Origin: Treponemataceae bacterium
GTDB lineage: Bacteria; Spirochaetota; Spirochaetia; Treponematales; Rectinemataceae
DNA: 64,000 nucleotides
Assembly: GCA_963678065.2 (NCBI GenBank)
Contig: CAXXVZ010000005.1
Location: 576,001 to 640,000, forward strand
Direction: 5' to 3'
The position numbers and the translations under genes were made by a program. This document shows positions 9,831-19,624 of the stretch, one piece after another. The notes under the pieces are model-generated. The model ran no database searches, was not told where the DNA came from, and was given only the letters and a program-made list of their open reading frames with translations. Positions within the stretch are counted from its first letter, which is position 1; each line of letters starts with the position of its first letter.

Positions 9831-10874
9831 ATGAATATCATCGCGGCCCGCTCGCTCTCCAAGACCTTCCGCACCCGTACCAAGGCAGAGGGGCTCGCCG
9901 CCGGCGCGCGCGCCTTCTTCAGGCCCCAGTACCGCGACGTGGCGGCAGTCGACTCCATCGATCTCGAAGTCTCGCGCGGCGAGGTCGTCGCATTCCTCGG
10001 TCCGAACGGGGCCGGAAAGTCGACGACCATCAAGATGCTCACCGGCATCCTCACCCCGAGTTCCGGCCACGCGACTGTCCTCGGCCTCGATCCGTCGAGG
10101 GAGAGAACGAAACTCGCCTCGCGCATCGGGGCTGTCTTCGGCCAGCGCAGTCAGCTCTGGCTCCACCTGCCCCCCTCCGACTCCTTCAAGCTTCTCGGGG
10201 CGATCTACGAAATCGAGCCGGAGCTTCTCGCGCGGCGCCGCGCCGAACTCGAGGAGCGCTTCGACATACGGGAACTCATGGACGTACCGGTGCGCAAGCT
10301 CTCTCTCGGACAGCGCATCCGCTGCGAAATCGCGGCGAGCCTCCTGCACGCGCCGGAAGCCCTCTTTCTCGACGAGCCGACGATCGGCCTCGACGTGATC
10401 GCGAAGCGGGAAATCCGCGCCCTCCTCGAGGAGCTCAACAAACGCGACGGCGTCACCATCTTCCTCACGAGCCACGACATCGGCGACATCGAGAAAATCT
10501 GCAAGCGCGCCGTCATCATCCACCACGGGAAGATCGTCGTCGACGAGTCGATGAAGACGCTCAAGCACAGGGCCCTCGCGCGCAAGCTCATCGGCGTGAA
10601 GTACGCCTTCCCCGTCGACCTGGACCTGCCCGGGCTCGCGCCCGTGAAACGCACGGCCGACGCGGCGCGGTATGAAGTCGATACGCGCGTGCACAGGCTC
10701 GAGGATGTATTGCGGGCCCTCGTCGCGCGCGGCGAACTCGAGGACCTCACGGTCGAGGACGAGCCCCTCGAGAACGTGATCGCGGAAATCTACGCGTCGA
10801 AGAGCGCGGGGGAGGCCGGGGCGACGATCGTCGGAAGGGCGCGGGCCGAAGTGGCGGCGGGAGGCGGAACATGA
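9831..10874 (+). CDS. ABC-2 type transporter ATP-binding protein (NatA/COG4586-like)
   Basis: GPNGAGKST, VFGQRSQLW, LSLGQR, LFLDEPTIGLD, TSHD; SD AAGGGGAG before GTG 9828/ATG 9831. Confidence 0.92.
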   Translation: MNIIAARSLSKTFRTRTKAEGLAAGARAFFRPQYRDVAAVDSIDLEVSRGEVVAFLGPNGAGKSTTIKMLTGILTPSSGHATVLGLDPSRERTKLASRIGAVFGQRSQLWLHLPPSDSFKLLGAIYEIEPELLARRRAELEERFDIRELMDVPVRKLSLGQRIRCEIAASLLHAPEALFLDEPTIGLDVIAKREIRALLEELNKRDGVTIFLTSHDIGDIEKICKRAVIIHHGKIVVDESMKTLKHRALARKLIGVKYAFPVDLDLPGLAPVKRTADAARYEVDTRVHRLEDVLRALVARGELEDLTVEDEPLENVIAEIYASKSAGEAGATIVGRARAEVAAGGGT

Positions 10875-11743
10875 CAGTCACCAGAGCGAAGGTGCGCAAA
10901 TACTCCGCGGCGGCGCGGATAGCGCTCCGCAACCGCCTCGCGTACAGGGGAAATTTCGCGGGCGCGCTCGTCACATACGGGCTCTTCGTGTTCGTGTTCT
11001 CGCGCATCTGGGCCACGGTCTACGCCGACAAGGCCTCGATCGCCGGCTACACGAGGGCTATGTGCGTCTGGTACTTCGTGATCGCGGAGCTCGTCGCCTA
11101 CGGCTTCGGCCGCTTCTACTGGACGCTCGACCGCGAACTCAAGAACGGGCAGATCGCCTACCTCGTCGCGAGGCCCTACAGCTTCACCATCTTCCAGTAC
11201 TGCCAGGCCATGGGGCCGGCCGCGATCGAGTCGGCCATCCTCTTCGCGGAGGGCAGCCTCATCGCGCTCGCGGGGACGGGACTGCCTCCCCCACTGGCGG
11301 GCATGGGTGCGGGCGCCGCAAACCTGACAGCCGGCGCATGGTCGGCCGCGGCCAGAATCTGGCCTGAAATTCTCCGCGGCGTCTGCGTCATCGTCGCTCT
11401 CCTTCTTTCAGGGAGCATCTCCTTCCTCCTCCACCTCAGCATCGCCATGACGGCGTTCTGGTTCGAGGAGAACGCGGCCTTCTTCTGGATCTTCCAGAAA
11501 TTCACCCTGATTGCGGGCACTCTTCTGCCGATCGAATTCCTGCCCGCGCGGGCGAGGGATATTCTCAGATTCACGCCCTTCCCCTCGATGGCCTACACGC
11601 CGGCCCGCATCATGGCGGCCTTCGATCCGAAAGAGGCGGCGGCTCTCATCGGCAGGCAATTCCTCTGGGTCGCCCTGGCGGCGGCTCTCGCATCAGTGGT
11701 CTATTCGCGGGGCACGCGGCGCCTCGCCGTGAACGGAGGCTGA
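10871..11743 (+). CDS. ABC-2 family permease (DUF990/COG4587-like)
   Basis: LAYR, G.IAYLVARPYS, AFWFEE, C-terminal VNGG; ATGA overlap with the ATPase gene. Confidence 0.85.
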   Translation: MTVTRAKVRKYSAAARIALRNRLAYRGNFAGALVTYGLFVFVFSRIWATVYADKASIAGYTRAMCVWYFVIAELVAYGFGRFYWTLDRELKNGQIAYLVARPYSFTIFQYCQAMGPAAIESAILFAEGSLIALAGTGLPPPLAGMGAGAANLTAGAWSAAARIWPEILRGVCVIVALLLSGSISFLLHLSIAMTAFWFEENAAFFWIFQKFTLIAGTLLPIEFLPARARDILRFTPFPSMAYTPARIMAAFDPKEAAALIGRQFLWVALAAALASVVYSRGTRRLAVNGG

Positions 11744-11745
11744 AC

Positions 11746-12582
11746 ATGAAGACAGATACATCGCAAGGCTCAGGCCGACGGCGGCGAACCGCGACCCTCC
11801 GCGCATACGCTCGTTTCATGCGCGCGGCATTCGTCGCCAACATCCAGTCGGTGATCGAGTACCGCGCGAGCTTCCTCCTCCAGGTCTTCGGCATGATGCT
11901 GAACAATGGCGCCTTCGCCCTCTTCTGGGCCGTTCTCATCGGACGCACAGGCGGAGTCGGAGGATACGGTTTCTCCGACATCATGTTCGTCTGGGGACTC
12001 GTGTCGACATCCTTCGGCATCGCGCACGTCGTCTTCGGGAATGTACGCAGCATCGGGCGCATCGTCATGGAGGGCGAGCTCGACCTCTACCTCCTCCAGC
12101 CGAAGAACGTGATGCTCAACCTCCTCGCGTCGCGCACCGTCGTGTCGGCCTGGGGTGACCTCATCTACGGCTTCATCGTCCTCGCGTGCCTGCCCGGTTT
12201 CGGCCTGGAGAAGCTCGCCCTGTTCGCGGCCCTGTCCCTCTCGGGCGCGGTGATTCTCACGGCCGTTTTCGCGGCCGCCGAGTCGCTCACGTTTTTCATG
12301 GGCAATTCCAGCGCGATATCGCAGGCGGCGACCGAATTCATGCTGAGCTTCTCGCTCTATCCCGAGTCGATCCACGGCACGGCTACGCGCTGGCTCCTCT
12401 ACAGTCTCCTGCCCTCGGCCTTCGTCGCCTTCGTGCCGCTCAGGGTTTTCACGGGGCTCGACTGGCCGGCCCTGCCGCTTCTGTTCGCCATCGCGGCCCT
12501 CTACATGGCGGCCAGCTACGGCCTCTTCCGGCTCGGGCTGCGGCGCTACGAATCGGGAAACCAGATCGGAATGCGGGTCTGA
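11746..12582 (+). CDS. ABC-2 family permease (DUF990/COG3694-like)
   Basis: EYRASF, GELDLYLLQP, YPESI, GLRRYESGN. Confidence 0.87.
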   Translation: MKTDTSQGSGRRRRTATLRAYARFMRAAFVANIQSVIEYRASFLLQVFGMMLNNGAFALFWAVLIGRTGGVGGYGFSDIMFVWGLVSTSFGIAHVVFGNVRSIGRIVMEGELDLYLLQPKNVMLNLLASRTVVSAWGDLIYGFIVLACLPGFGLEKLALFAALSLSGAVILTAVFAAAESLTFFMGNSSAISQAATEFMLSFSLYPESIHGTATRWLLYSLLPSAFVAFVPLRVFTGLDWPALPLLFAIAALYMAASYGLFRLGLRRYESGNQIGMRV

Positions 12583-12634
12583 CCGGATTCGGGCCTCCTG
12601 CCGTCGCTTACTTCCGGGAAAACATGAAATTATG

Positions 12635-12664
12635 TTGACGTGGCAAAACGGGGGGGCGTATGAT
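12635..12664 (+). promoter_or_regulatory. sigma70-like promoter TTGACG-18-TATGAT for the OMP-GH9 genes
   Basis: Hexamers at 12635-12640 and 12659-12664. Confidence 0.55.
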
Positions 12665-12727
12665 TCCATCGAGACCGGAGGGGTCATACGCCGAGAGGGC
12701 GGGGTTCCGGAGAAAAGGGAGGATTAC

Positions 12728-13666
12728 ATGAAAAAGGCGATATTTCTGGCGCTCATCGCTGTGGCGGTTTCCGGTGCCTTCGCCCAGACACCCGGACTCA
12801 CCTTCGGAACCTGGAGCTACGCGGAAGGGACCCTCAACACGTCACCCCTCTTCGAGATTTACAACGAAGTCTACATCGCCTACAAAGCCCGCGACATGGG
12901 GCTCAACTCCACAATCGTCGGCACCACCAGCTGGACATCCGGAGCGCTCACCGGGCCCACACTCGACTTCCAGGATTTCGCGATCTGGTACAAGCCCTTC
13001 CCGTTCCTGAAAGCCACCGCGGGCAAGCTCCTCGAAACCGGCGACGCGACCCTTTCGTCCTACATCGACGGCAACAAATTCTCCCGCCAGATGGCGAAGA
13101 TGGAGCCGGGAATAATGGCGACGGTCTATCCGACCCGCGAACTGACCTTTTCCGCCTTCACTCCCTTCACGGAATCGGGGATACTCGCCACCATCGCGAA
13201 GTCCTCCTTCAGCCTCAAGTACGCCATTCCCAAATTCGCGAACCTCGTCGCTTCCTACAGACTCCGCGAATATGAGTTCGCCGCCGGCATCGACTTCCGC
13301 ATGATCAGCGACCTGACGCTCAAAATCGGTTTCAAGCATTTCACGGCGCCGAGCGTCCAATCCGGCCTTCTGTTCACCGCGGGAAAACGTTTCGGCGATC
13401 TGAATCTGGGACTCGACTCCGACCTCGTCATCCTGCCCGGCATCGCGGTCGGCGTAAAGGGAATGGTCGAATACACCATCGGGAAATACATCCTCGGCAC
13501 CACGGTCGCCCTGGACACCAACGATTTCTGGTATGCCAACAACGGGACAGTCATCGCCGCCTACATACGGCAGGATTTTTCGGCCGGTTCAGTCAGGGCC
13601 ATGGTCTCCTACAACACCGCGACGAGGGACTGGAGACTCCCTCTCCGCTTCGTGATCTTCTTCTGA
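12728..13666 (+). CDS. Exported protein, putative outer-membrane beta-barrel
   Basis: Signal peptide MKKAIFLALIAVAVSGAFA; alternating aromatic/hydrophobic strands; C-terminal Phe (RFVIFF). Confidence 0.65.
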   Translation: MKKAIFLALIAVAVSGAFAQTPGLTFGTWSYAEGTLNTSPLFEIYNEVYIAYKARDMGLNSTIVGTTSWTSGALTGPTLDFQDFAIWYKPFPFLKATAGKLLETGDATLSSYIDGNKFSRQMAKMEPGIMATVYPTRELTFSAFTPFTESGILATIAKSSFSLKYAIPKFANLVASYRLREYEFAAGIDFRMISDLTLKIGFKHFTAPSVQSGLLFTAGKRFGDLNLGLDSDLVILPGIAVGVKGMVEYTIGKYILGTTVALDTNDFWYANNGTVIAAYIRQDFSAGSVRAMVSYNTATRDWRLPLRFVIFF

Positions 13667-13700
13667 GTCATCTTAGTCTTCCGAGTCATCAGGAACTGTC

Positions 13701-16265
13701 ATGAGGCCGGCAATCCTCGCACTCGCGGCAGCGCTGACCTTGGCCGCCGGCGTCTCCGCCGCGCCCCGCGCGGGTTTTACACACTCCGGAGCCGAGATCC
13801 GCGATATCAGGGTTCTGGGCGACGAGTGGATCTGCGTGGTCCGGGACCCGACCGACGCCATCCTCGCCGAGAGGATTCGGCGTTACGGCCCTCTTCCGAA
13901 ATACCAGGACCCCGGGCACTGGAAACGGCTCCGCGAAATCGGAGTCCAGATCGACGCGATCAGCGCCGAGGCCTCCGCCGCGACTCTCTCCCGGGACTCG
14001 AACTCCGCGTCGTGGCTCGTGAACGGCCTTCCGGTCCGGGCAGTCTCCCTCTGGGCGCAGTCCGTCGGCGCCTTCCCCGACCCCGAATACTCCGATCGTT
14101 CGCTTGAAAGACCGCGGCTCGCGGAATATCTCTACCTGAGGCTCCCTTCCGGACTTCCGGGCCCGACGGGGCCGCGGAGTATTTCGCTCACGCTGACCGC
14201 CCCCGACAAGAGCCTGCACAGCTTCGGGCTGGGCGGAGAGGGCAGCCTGTGCTGGAGTCTCAAGGTCGACCAGGAGGGCTATCTGCCGAAAGGGCCGAAA
14301 ACCGCGTTTTTCGGAATGTGGCTCGGAAAGGCGGGAGCCATGCCCTCAGCACAGCTTGCAGGGCGCTGTTTCCACATCATTCCGGCCGCGACCTCAGCCG
14401 GCACGATGGACCCGAAGCCGGGATCTGCGCCGACGGCGGTCTTCACCGGCACGATCAGGCCCCGCTCGCGGGACGCGGCCACGACGCACAAAGGCGCCCC
14501 CATCTCCGGCGAAGAGCTCTGCGAGCTGGATTTTACCGCCCTCGAAACTCCCGGAACGTACAAGGTCTACATCCCGGGGATCGGAAGTTCCTTCCCCTTT
14601 TCCATCGGCGCGGATGTATTCGGAAACGCGTTCTTCGCGACGGCGCGCGCCCTCTACCATCAGCGCTGCGGCGTCGCCCTGACCCCGGAGTACACGGCCT
14701 GGACGCGCGCAGCCTGCCATACGCAGACCTTCGCCGCCGCCTATCCGCCCGACAACGGCGAAATATACAACAACGCCGCGGGAATCGAGGAGGGGAACAG
14801 AACCTACGGCTTCCGCCTCGCCGACGGAAAGCCCGTGGCCGTCGATGCCTTCACCGTCATCCGCTCCACCGCGACCGGGCGGCCCGTGCCGGGAGTATCG
14901 GGGGGGCATCACGACGCGGCGGACTATGACAGGAGAGCGAGGCATTTCGCCCTGACCTGGTACCTCTGCGGCATCCAGGAACTCTACCCGGAGCACTTCG
15001 CCGACGGCCAGCTGCGGATACCCGAATCAGGGAACGGGATACCTGACATCCTCGACGAGGCCGCGGTCGATGTCGATCTCTGGATGAAGGCCCGCGGGCC
15101 TTCCGGCGAGGTCCCCGGCTGGATCGAAGAGACGCGTCACCCGACGCGGACCGAAACCGCGGCCGAGGACAGCTCTCCGATGTATCTCTCCCTGCCGGAC
15201 CGGGCCTCATCCTTCGCCTTCGCGGCAGCAGCCGCCCTTCTCTCGCGCCGGATCGCGCCCTACGCCCCCGCGAAAGCCAAGTCCTACATCGAGGCGGCGG
15301 TGAAAGCCTACACGTGGGCGGCGGACCCGGAAAACAGAATCAAGGGGCTGTCATTCCGGATCAAGGACGAGGAGGGCCGCTCCGGACTCGCGGGCAAGCT
15401 CGTCCTGTACGACGAGGCGCCGGAGTTGTCGGCGCGGGGAAGGCTGGACAGCCTCCTCGCAGCCCTCCAGCTCGCCGCCGCGACCGGCGACCGGCGGTAT
15501 ATCGCGGATTTTCGCTCACCTGGAGGCGCCGCACGAAAATCAGGCATCGACGCGCTCCTCGCGGCCCTGCCGGACGCCATCCCGCCATTCGCCCTCGTGA
15601 CCCCGCTCTTCGGCGGGATTCTCGAGAAGGCCGAGCGGGACAAACTGGCCGCCGCGGTCCTGCGGGAGGCCGATCTCCTGCGCTCAGGCTCGGAGAGCCT
15701 TCCCTACCGGACCCTGTGGCGTCCTGCAGAGCACGGGTACTTCAGTTTCATGGCATGGGGGAGCGTGCACGGGGCCCTGCGGGCCGGGATGGAAATACTC
15801 GCGTTCAGACTGACGGGTTCGGATCTCTATCGGCAGGCCATGCTGCGCGGGGCGGACTGGGAGCTCGGGGCGAACGAACTGGGCTCATCCATGATAACCG
15901 GTCTCGGCACGGTCTTCCCCGTCGTCCTCCAGCACATCGAGAGCGACAGGGACGGAATACCGGAACCGGTGCCCGGCATCGCGCCCTTCGCCCTGACATA
16001 CGGAATCACGCAATCGGCCCGGAAATGGCAGTTCGGACCGCTCGCGCTGGCCGGGGAACCGGAAGATGTCTATCCGATAATGCGGAGGAAATTCATCCAT
16101 CCCTTCCTCGAACCCTCGCAGAACGAGTTCACCGTGATGGAGAGCGTCGCTCCCCAGGCAGCGCTTTTCGGCGCCCTGATCCCGGCGGGATGGACGCCGC
16201 CGCGCGGTCTCGAGACGAGAAGCCCCCGCCCCGCGGCGAGCCTCGTCAGCTACCCCCAGCCCTGA
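13701..16265 (+). CDS. Secreted glycoside hydrolase family 9 with Ig-like (CelD_N) domain and an uncharacterised N-terminal extension
   Basis: Signal peptide; VDQEGYLPKGPK, LDFTAL.TPGTY, LYHQRCG, GGHHDAADYD, IPESGNGIPDILDEA, LGAN..G.SMITGLG, NEFTV. Confidence 0.88.
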   Translation: MRPAILALAAALTLAAGVSAAPRAGFTHSGAEIRDIRVLGDEWICVVRDPTDAILAERIRRYGPLPKYQDPGHWKRLREIGVQIDAISAEASAATLSRDSNSASWLVNGLPVRAVSLWAQSVGAFPDPEYSDRSLERPRLAEYLYLRLPSGLPGPTGPRSISLTLTAPDKSLHSFGLGGEGSLCWSLKVDQEGYLPKGPKTAFFGMWLGKAGAMPSAQLAGRCFHIIPAATSAGTMDPKPGSAPTAVFTGTIRPRSRDAATTHKGAPISGEELCELDFTALETPGTYKVYIPGIGSSFPFSIGADVFGNAFFATARALYHQRCGVALTPEYTAWTRAACHTQTFAAAYPPDNGEIYNNAAGIEEGNRTYGFRLADGKPVAVDAFTVIRSTATGRPVPGVSGGHHDAADYDRRARHFALTWYLCGIQELYPEHFADGQLRIPESGNGIPDILDEAAVDVDLWMKARGPSGEVPGWIEETRHPTRTETAAEDSSPMYLSLPDRASSFAFAAAAALLSRRIAPYAPAKAKSYIEAAVKAYTWAADPENRIKGLSFRIKDEEGRSGLAGKLVLYDEAPELSARGRLDSLLAALQLAAATGDRRYIADFRSPGGAARKSGIDALLAALPDAIPPFALVTPLFGGILEKAERDKLAAAVLREADLLRSGSESLPYRTLWRPAEHGYFSFMAWGSVHGALRAGMEILAFRLTGSDLYRQAMLRGADWELGANELGSSMITGLGTVFPVVLQHIESDRDGIPEPVPGIAPFALTYGITQSARKWQFGPLALAGEPEDVYPIMRRKFIHPFLEPSQNEFTVMESVAPQAALFGALIPAGWTPPRGLETRSPRPAASLVSYPQP

Positions 16266-17181
16266 CCAGCTCCTCGATCTCGCTCCTGAAGGGCATGGCC
16301 GGGGCGGTCCCTATCCGCGTCACGGAGATGGCGGCCGCCGCGCTCGCGAAGGAGGCCGCCGCGACGACGTCCCGCCCCTCGGCTATGGCCACCGCGAAGG
16401 CTCCGTTGTAGGAGTCGCCGGCGCCCGTCGTGTCAACGACCTCGACCCGATACGCCGGGACGAAGGTATACTGCCCTTTTCTGTCCAGGACGAGAGAACC
16501 CTTGTCCCCGAGGGTGACGATGACCGTGGCCGCCCCGCGCGAGCGCAGGATTTCCGCAGCCAGTCCCGCATCCTCGACTGTCTTCACGCCGAGGCCGGAG
16601 AGGGTCGAAGCTTCAGCCTCGTTCGGAGTCAGATAATCGATCAGAGGATAGCACTCCGGCGGTATTTCCTGCGCGGGGGCCGGGTTGCAGACAGTCATCA
16701 TGCCGAGCTCGCGCGCCTTGGCGAGCGCCGCGGACATAGCGTCCATGTTCGTCTCGAGCTGGACGACAAGAACTTTGGCCTTTCCCTGCGCCGCGATCGC
16801 GGCTTCGACCCGCGCCGGATCCAGATGGTCGCAGGCTCCGGGAATGACCAGGATGGAATTGTCGCCCGTATTCTCGTCGACGAGGATGAGGGCCGCGCCC
16901 GTCGGATGTTCATCCGTCCTCGAAACGCCGGAAGTCCCGATGCCTTCGGCGCGGAAATTGGCCATGGCCATTTCGCCGAAATCATCGTTGCCGAGCTGGG
17001 TGATCATGGACACCTCGCCTCCTGCCCGCGCGGCCGCGACGGCCTGGTTGGCGCCCTTCCCTCCCGGCCCCATTTTGAAGAATCCGCCTTTGACGGTCTC
17101 CCCCACGCCGGGAAGCCTCGGGCCGCGCCCCATGAGGTCGGCCACGAAACTCCCCATCACGATAATGCCTGGCTTGGACAT
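16246..17181 (-). CDS. rbsK: Ribokinase (PfkB family)
   Basis: GPGGKGANQAVAAAR, NPAPA, TPNE, DTTGAGDSYNGA; 3' end overlaps GH9 3' end by 20 nt. Confidence 0.88.
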   Translation of the reverse strand: MSKPGIIVMGSFVADLMGRGPRLPGVGETVKGGFFKMGPGGKGANQAVAAARAGGEVSMITQLGNDDFGEMAMANFRAEGIGTSGVSRTDEHPTGAALILVDENTGDNSILVIPGACDHLDPARVEAAIAAQGKAKVLVVQLETNMDAMSAALAKARELGMMTVCNPAPAQEIPPECYPLIDYLTPNEAEASTLSGLGVKTVEDAGLAAEILRSRGAATVIVTLGDKGSLVLDRKGQYTFVPAYRVEVVDTTGAGDSYNGAFAVAIAEGRDVVAAASFASAAAAISVTRIGTAPAMPFRSEIEELVRAGGS

Positions 17182-17816
17182 CAGTTTATCCCCGGCTCCC
17201 ACGCGATATACTCGGAAAGGCTCTCGAACAGAATCTTTCCGACGACGGCGCCGCCGTCGACGATGCCGAGACTCTTGTCCCCGTAATACGCGGCTCGGCC
17301 ATGCACGGACTTCATCATCTTGGTGTTCTCGCTGCCTTGGGCCGCCGCCTCCGCGGCGTAGCGGAAGGCCACCCGGCTGCCTTCGGCGGCATGCTCCGCG
17401 AGCGCCTTCACGGCGGGGCAGACCGAATCGAGGATGGTCTTCTCGCCCGGTTTGGCCTTGGTCTTTTCCATCACCATCGCGACCCCGGCTTCCATCGCAG
17501 CGACGAGATCGGAGAAGGTCGCATGGGCCTTCCCCTTCATCGCCTTGGCCATCGCGAGAAAGAAGATGGAGGTGATGGTCCCCAGGGTCGAGGGGGCGCT
17601 CTCATTGAAGATCGACGAGCATCTCATGAGCGCCTTCCCGAGGTCGGTCTCCTCCGTCGAGTCGAGCCAGCTGAAAATGGCGTTGTAGCCTTCGCTCATG
17701 GAAATGCCGAGATCCCCGTCGCCGTTGCGCTGGTCGAGTTCGACGAGATATTCCTTGTTGTCGGACATGGCCGCGCTTATGCAGTCGATCGCGCCTCTCA
17801 GGTTCGAAATATCCAT
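17181..17816 (-). CDS. dhaL: Dihydroxyacetone kinase subunit L (Dak2)
   Basis: LDQRNGDGDLG, GEKTILD, GRAAY, DGGA. Confidence 0.88.
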   Translation of the reverse strand: MDISNLRGAIDCISAAMSDNKEYLVELDQRNGDGDLGISMSEGYNAIFSWLDSTEETDLGKALMRCSSIFNESAPSTLGTITSIFFLAMAKAMKGKAHATFSDLVAAMEAGVAMVMEKTKAKPGEKTILDSVCPAVKALAEHAAEGSRVAFRYAAEAAAQGSENTKMMKSVHGRAAYYGDKSLGIVDGGAVVGKILFESLSEYIAWEPGIN

Positions 17817-17827
17817 CGCGTCCCCGC

Positions 17828-18835
17828 CTATTTGTTGGAGTTGGTGTAGAAGGGCGTCGAACCGGGAGCCATGAGAAGGGCTTTCCGCTCCGTATCCAGT
17901 TTCATGACCGTGATGGAGAGGCCGGCCATCTCCATCGAGGTCGCGAACTCCCCTATGTGGGGCATGAAAGCGGCGATTCCCGCCGTTTTCAGCTTCGAGA
18001 AGACGCGGCGATAGACGATGAGGAGCTCCTCGAGCGGAGTCGCCCCGAGCCCGTTCACCATGACGGAGACCTCATCGCCCGGGGCCAGCGGCATATCGGC
18101 GAGAATCCGCGCGAGGACAGTGTCGGCGATCTCGTCGGCGCTCATCATGGGCCGCACCTCGATTCCGGGCTCGCCGTGGATGCCCATGCCGATTTCGATT
18201 TCGTCGTCCGCGATCGAGAACGTGGGTTTCCCGACCTGAGGGACGATGCAGGGGGAGAGGGCCACGCCCATGGTGCGCGTATTGTCCAGGGCCTTCTGCG
18301 CGACGGCTGCGACTTCCTCGAGTGTCCTGCCCTCTTCCGCGGCCGCCCCCGCGATTTTGAAGGCGTAGACCATTCCCGCGACACCGCGGCGCTTGTCGGA
18401 ATTTCCGGCGATGGCGGAAGCCACGTCATCCTTGACGCGGACCGTCTTCGTCTTTATGTCCTCGAAATCCGCCATCTCGCAGGCCATGTCGAAATTGAGA
18501 TTGTCGCCGCCGTAATTTCCGTAGAGACAGAGGACGCCGGAGCCGTGGTCGCAGGCTTTTATCATATTGAACATTTTCTGGGAGGAAGGCGACGCGAATA
18601 CATTGCCGACAGCGCAGCCGTCGAGCATCCCTTCCCCGACGTAGCCGAGGAAGACGGGCAGGTGCCCCGATCCGCCGCCCGTCACGATGCCGACCTTGCC
18701 GGGCCGCACCGGGGTATTCCGGAGGACTATCCTTCTGTCGCCGTCGAGGGTTTTCAGCTTGTCGCCGTAGGCGCACATGATGCCATCGATCACTTCGTCC
18801 ACGAAGTTTTCGGGTCTGTTGATGACTTTTCTCAC
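17828..18835 (-). CDS. dhaK: Dihydroxyacetone kinase subunit K (Dak1)
   Basis: GGGSGHLP, GNVFASP, NYGGD, RRGVAG, GMGIHGEPG, TSMEMAG; GTG start after AGGGAGG. Confidence 0.92.
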   Translation of the reverse strand: MRKVINRPENFVDEVIDGIMCAYGDKLKTLDGDRRIVLRNTPVRPGKVGIVTGGGSGHLPVFLGYVGEGMLDGCAVGNVFASPSSQKMFNMIKACDHGSGVLCLYGNYGGDNLNFDMACEMADFEDIKTKTVRVKDDVASAIAGNSDKRRGVAGMVYAFKIAGAAAEEGRTLEEVAAVAQKALDNTRTMGVALSPCIVPQVGKPTFSIADDEIEIGMGIHGEPGIEVRPMMSADEIADTVLARILADMPLAPGDEVSVMVNGLGATPLEELLIVYRRVFSKLKTAGIAAFMPHIGEFATSMEMAGLSITVMKLDTERKALLMAPGSTPFYTNSNK

Positions 18836-18848
18836 AGTATTCCTCCCT

Positions 18849-18876
18849 GACTCTGTGTCGCCGACTCTGTGTCGCC
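18849..18876. repeat. Perfect 14-bp tandem duplication (GACTCTGTGTCGCC)x2
   Basis: Seen directly in the livF-dhaK spacer. Confidence 0.85.
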
Positions 18877-18913
18877 GCGGATAGTGCCCGCAAAGCGACA
18901 GGCCTGGCATCCG

Positions 18914-19624
18914 TCAAATGCCCAGATATGCCTTCCTGACTTCGGGATCGACGAGGAGGGCCTTCCCCGTGCCTTCCGTCGCTATGTGCCCGGTCACGAG
19001 AACGTAACCCCGGTCCGCCACCTGGAGCGCCATGGCCGCATTCTGCTCGATCAGCAGTATCGTCTTTCCCCGCTTCTTGATCTTGAGGATGAGCTCGAAA
19101 ATTTCCTCGACGACGATGGGCGCGAGGCCGAGCGAGGGTTCGTCGAGCATGATCAGCTCGGGATCCATCATGAGTCCGCGGGCTATGGCCAGCATCTGTT
19201 GCTCTCCGCCCGAAAGCGAACCGCCTCCCTGCTCCATGCGCTCGGAGAGGCGGGGGAAGAGTGTGTACACTTCCTCGAACAGCCTCTCCTTGTCTTCCTT
19301 CTTGAGAGAAGGATTCCCGACAGTCCCGGCCACGAGGTTTTCGCGCACGGTGAGCGCCGGGAATATGCGCCGCCCTTCGGGAACGTGGCAGATTCCCATC
19401 TTCACGATCCTGTGCGGCGGCATCCTGGTGATGTCGGCGCCCTTGAAGGTTATGCGACCTTCCATTTTGTCGACGAGATTGGAGATGGACATGAGGGTCG
19501 TCGTCTTCCCCGCGCCGTTGCCGCCGATCAGCGTGATGATCTCGCCTTGTCCGACATGGAGGCTCACACTGGCGAGGGCGGAAATGTGCCCGTAGTTCAC
19601 GCTGAGGTTTTCTATGACGAGCAT
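18914..19624 (-). CDS. livF: Branched-chain amino acid-type ABC transporter ATP-binding protein
   Basis: GGNGAGKTT, HVPEGRRIF, LSGGEQQMLAIAR, DEPSLGLAP, EQN. Confidence 0.92.
   Translation of the reverse strand: MLVIENLSVNYGHISALASVSLHVGQGEIITLIGGNGAGKTTTLMSISNLVDKMEGRITFKGADITRMPPHRIVKMGICHVPEGRRIFPALTVRENLVAGTVGNPSLKKEDKERLFEEVYTLFPRLSERMEQGGGSLSGGEQQMLAIARGLMMDPELIMLDEPSLGLAPIVVEEIFELILKIKKRGKTILLIEQNAAMALQVADRGYVLVTGHIATEGTGKALLVDPEVRKAYLGI

Noticed and set aside
16246..16265. Convergent 20-nt overlap of GH9 and ribokinase
   Set aside because: Short tail-to-tail overlaps are common; both proteins appear complete
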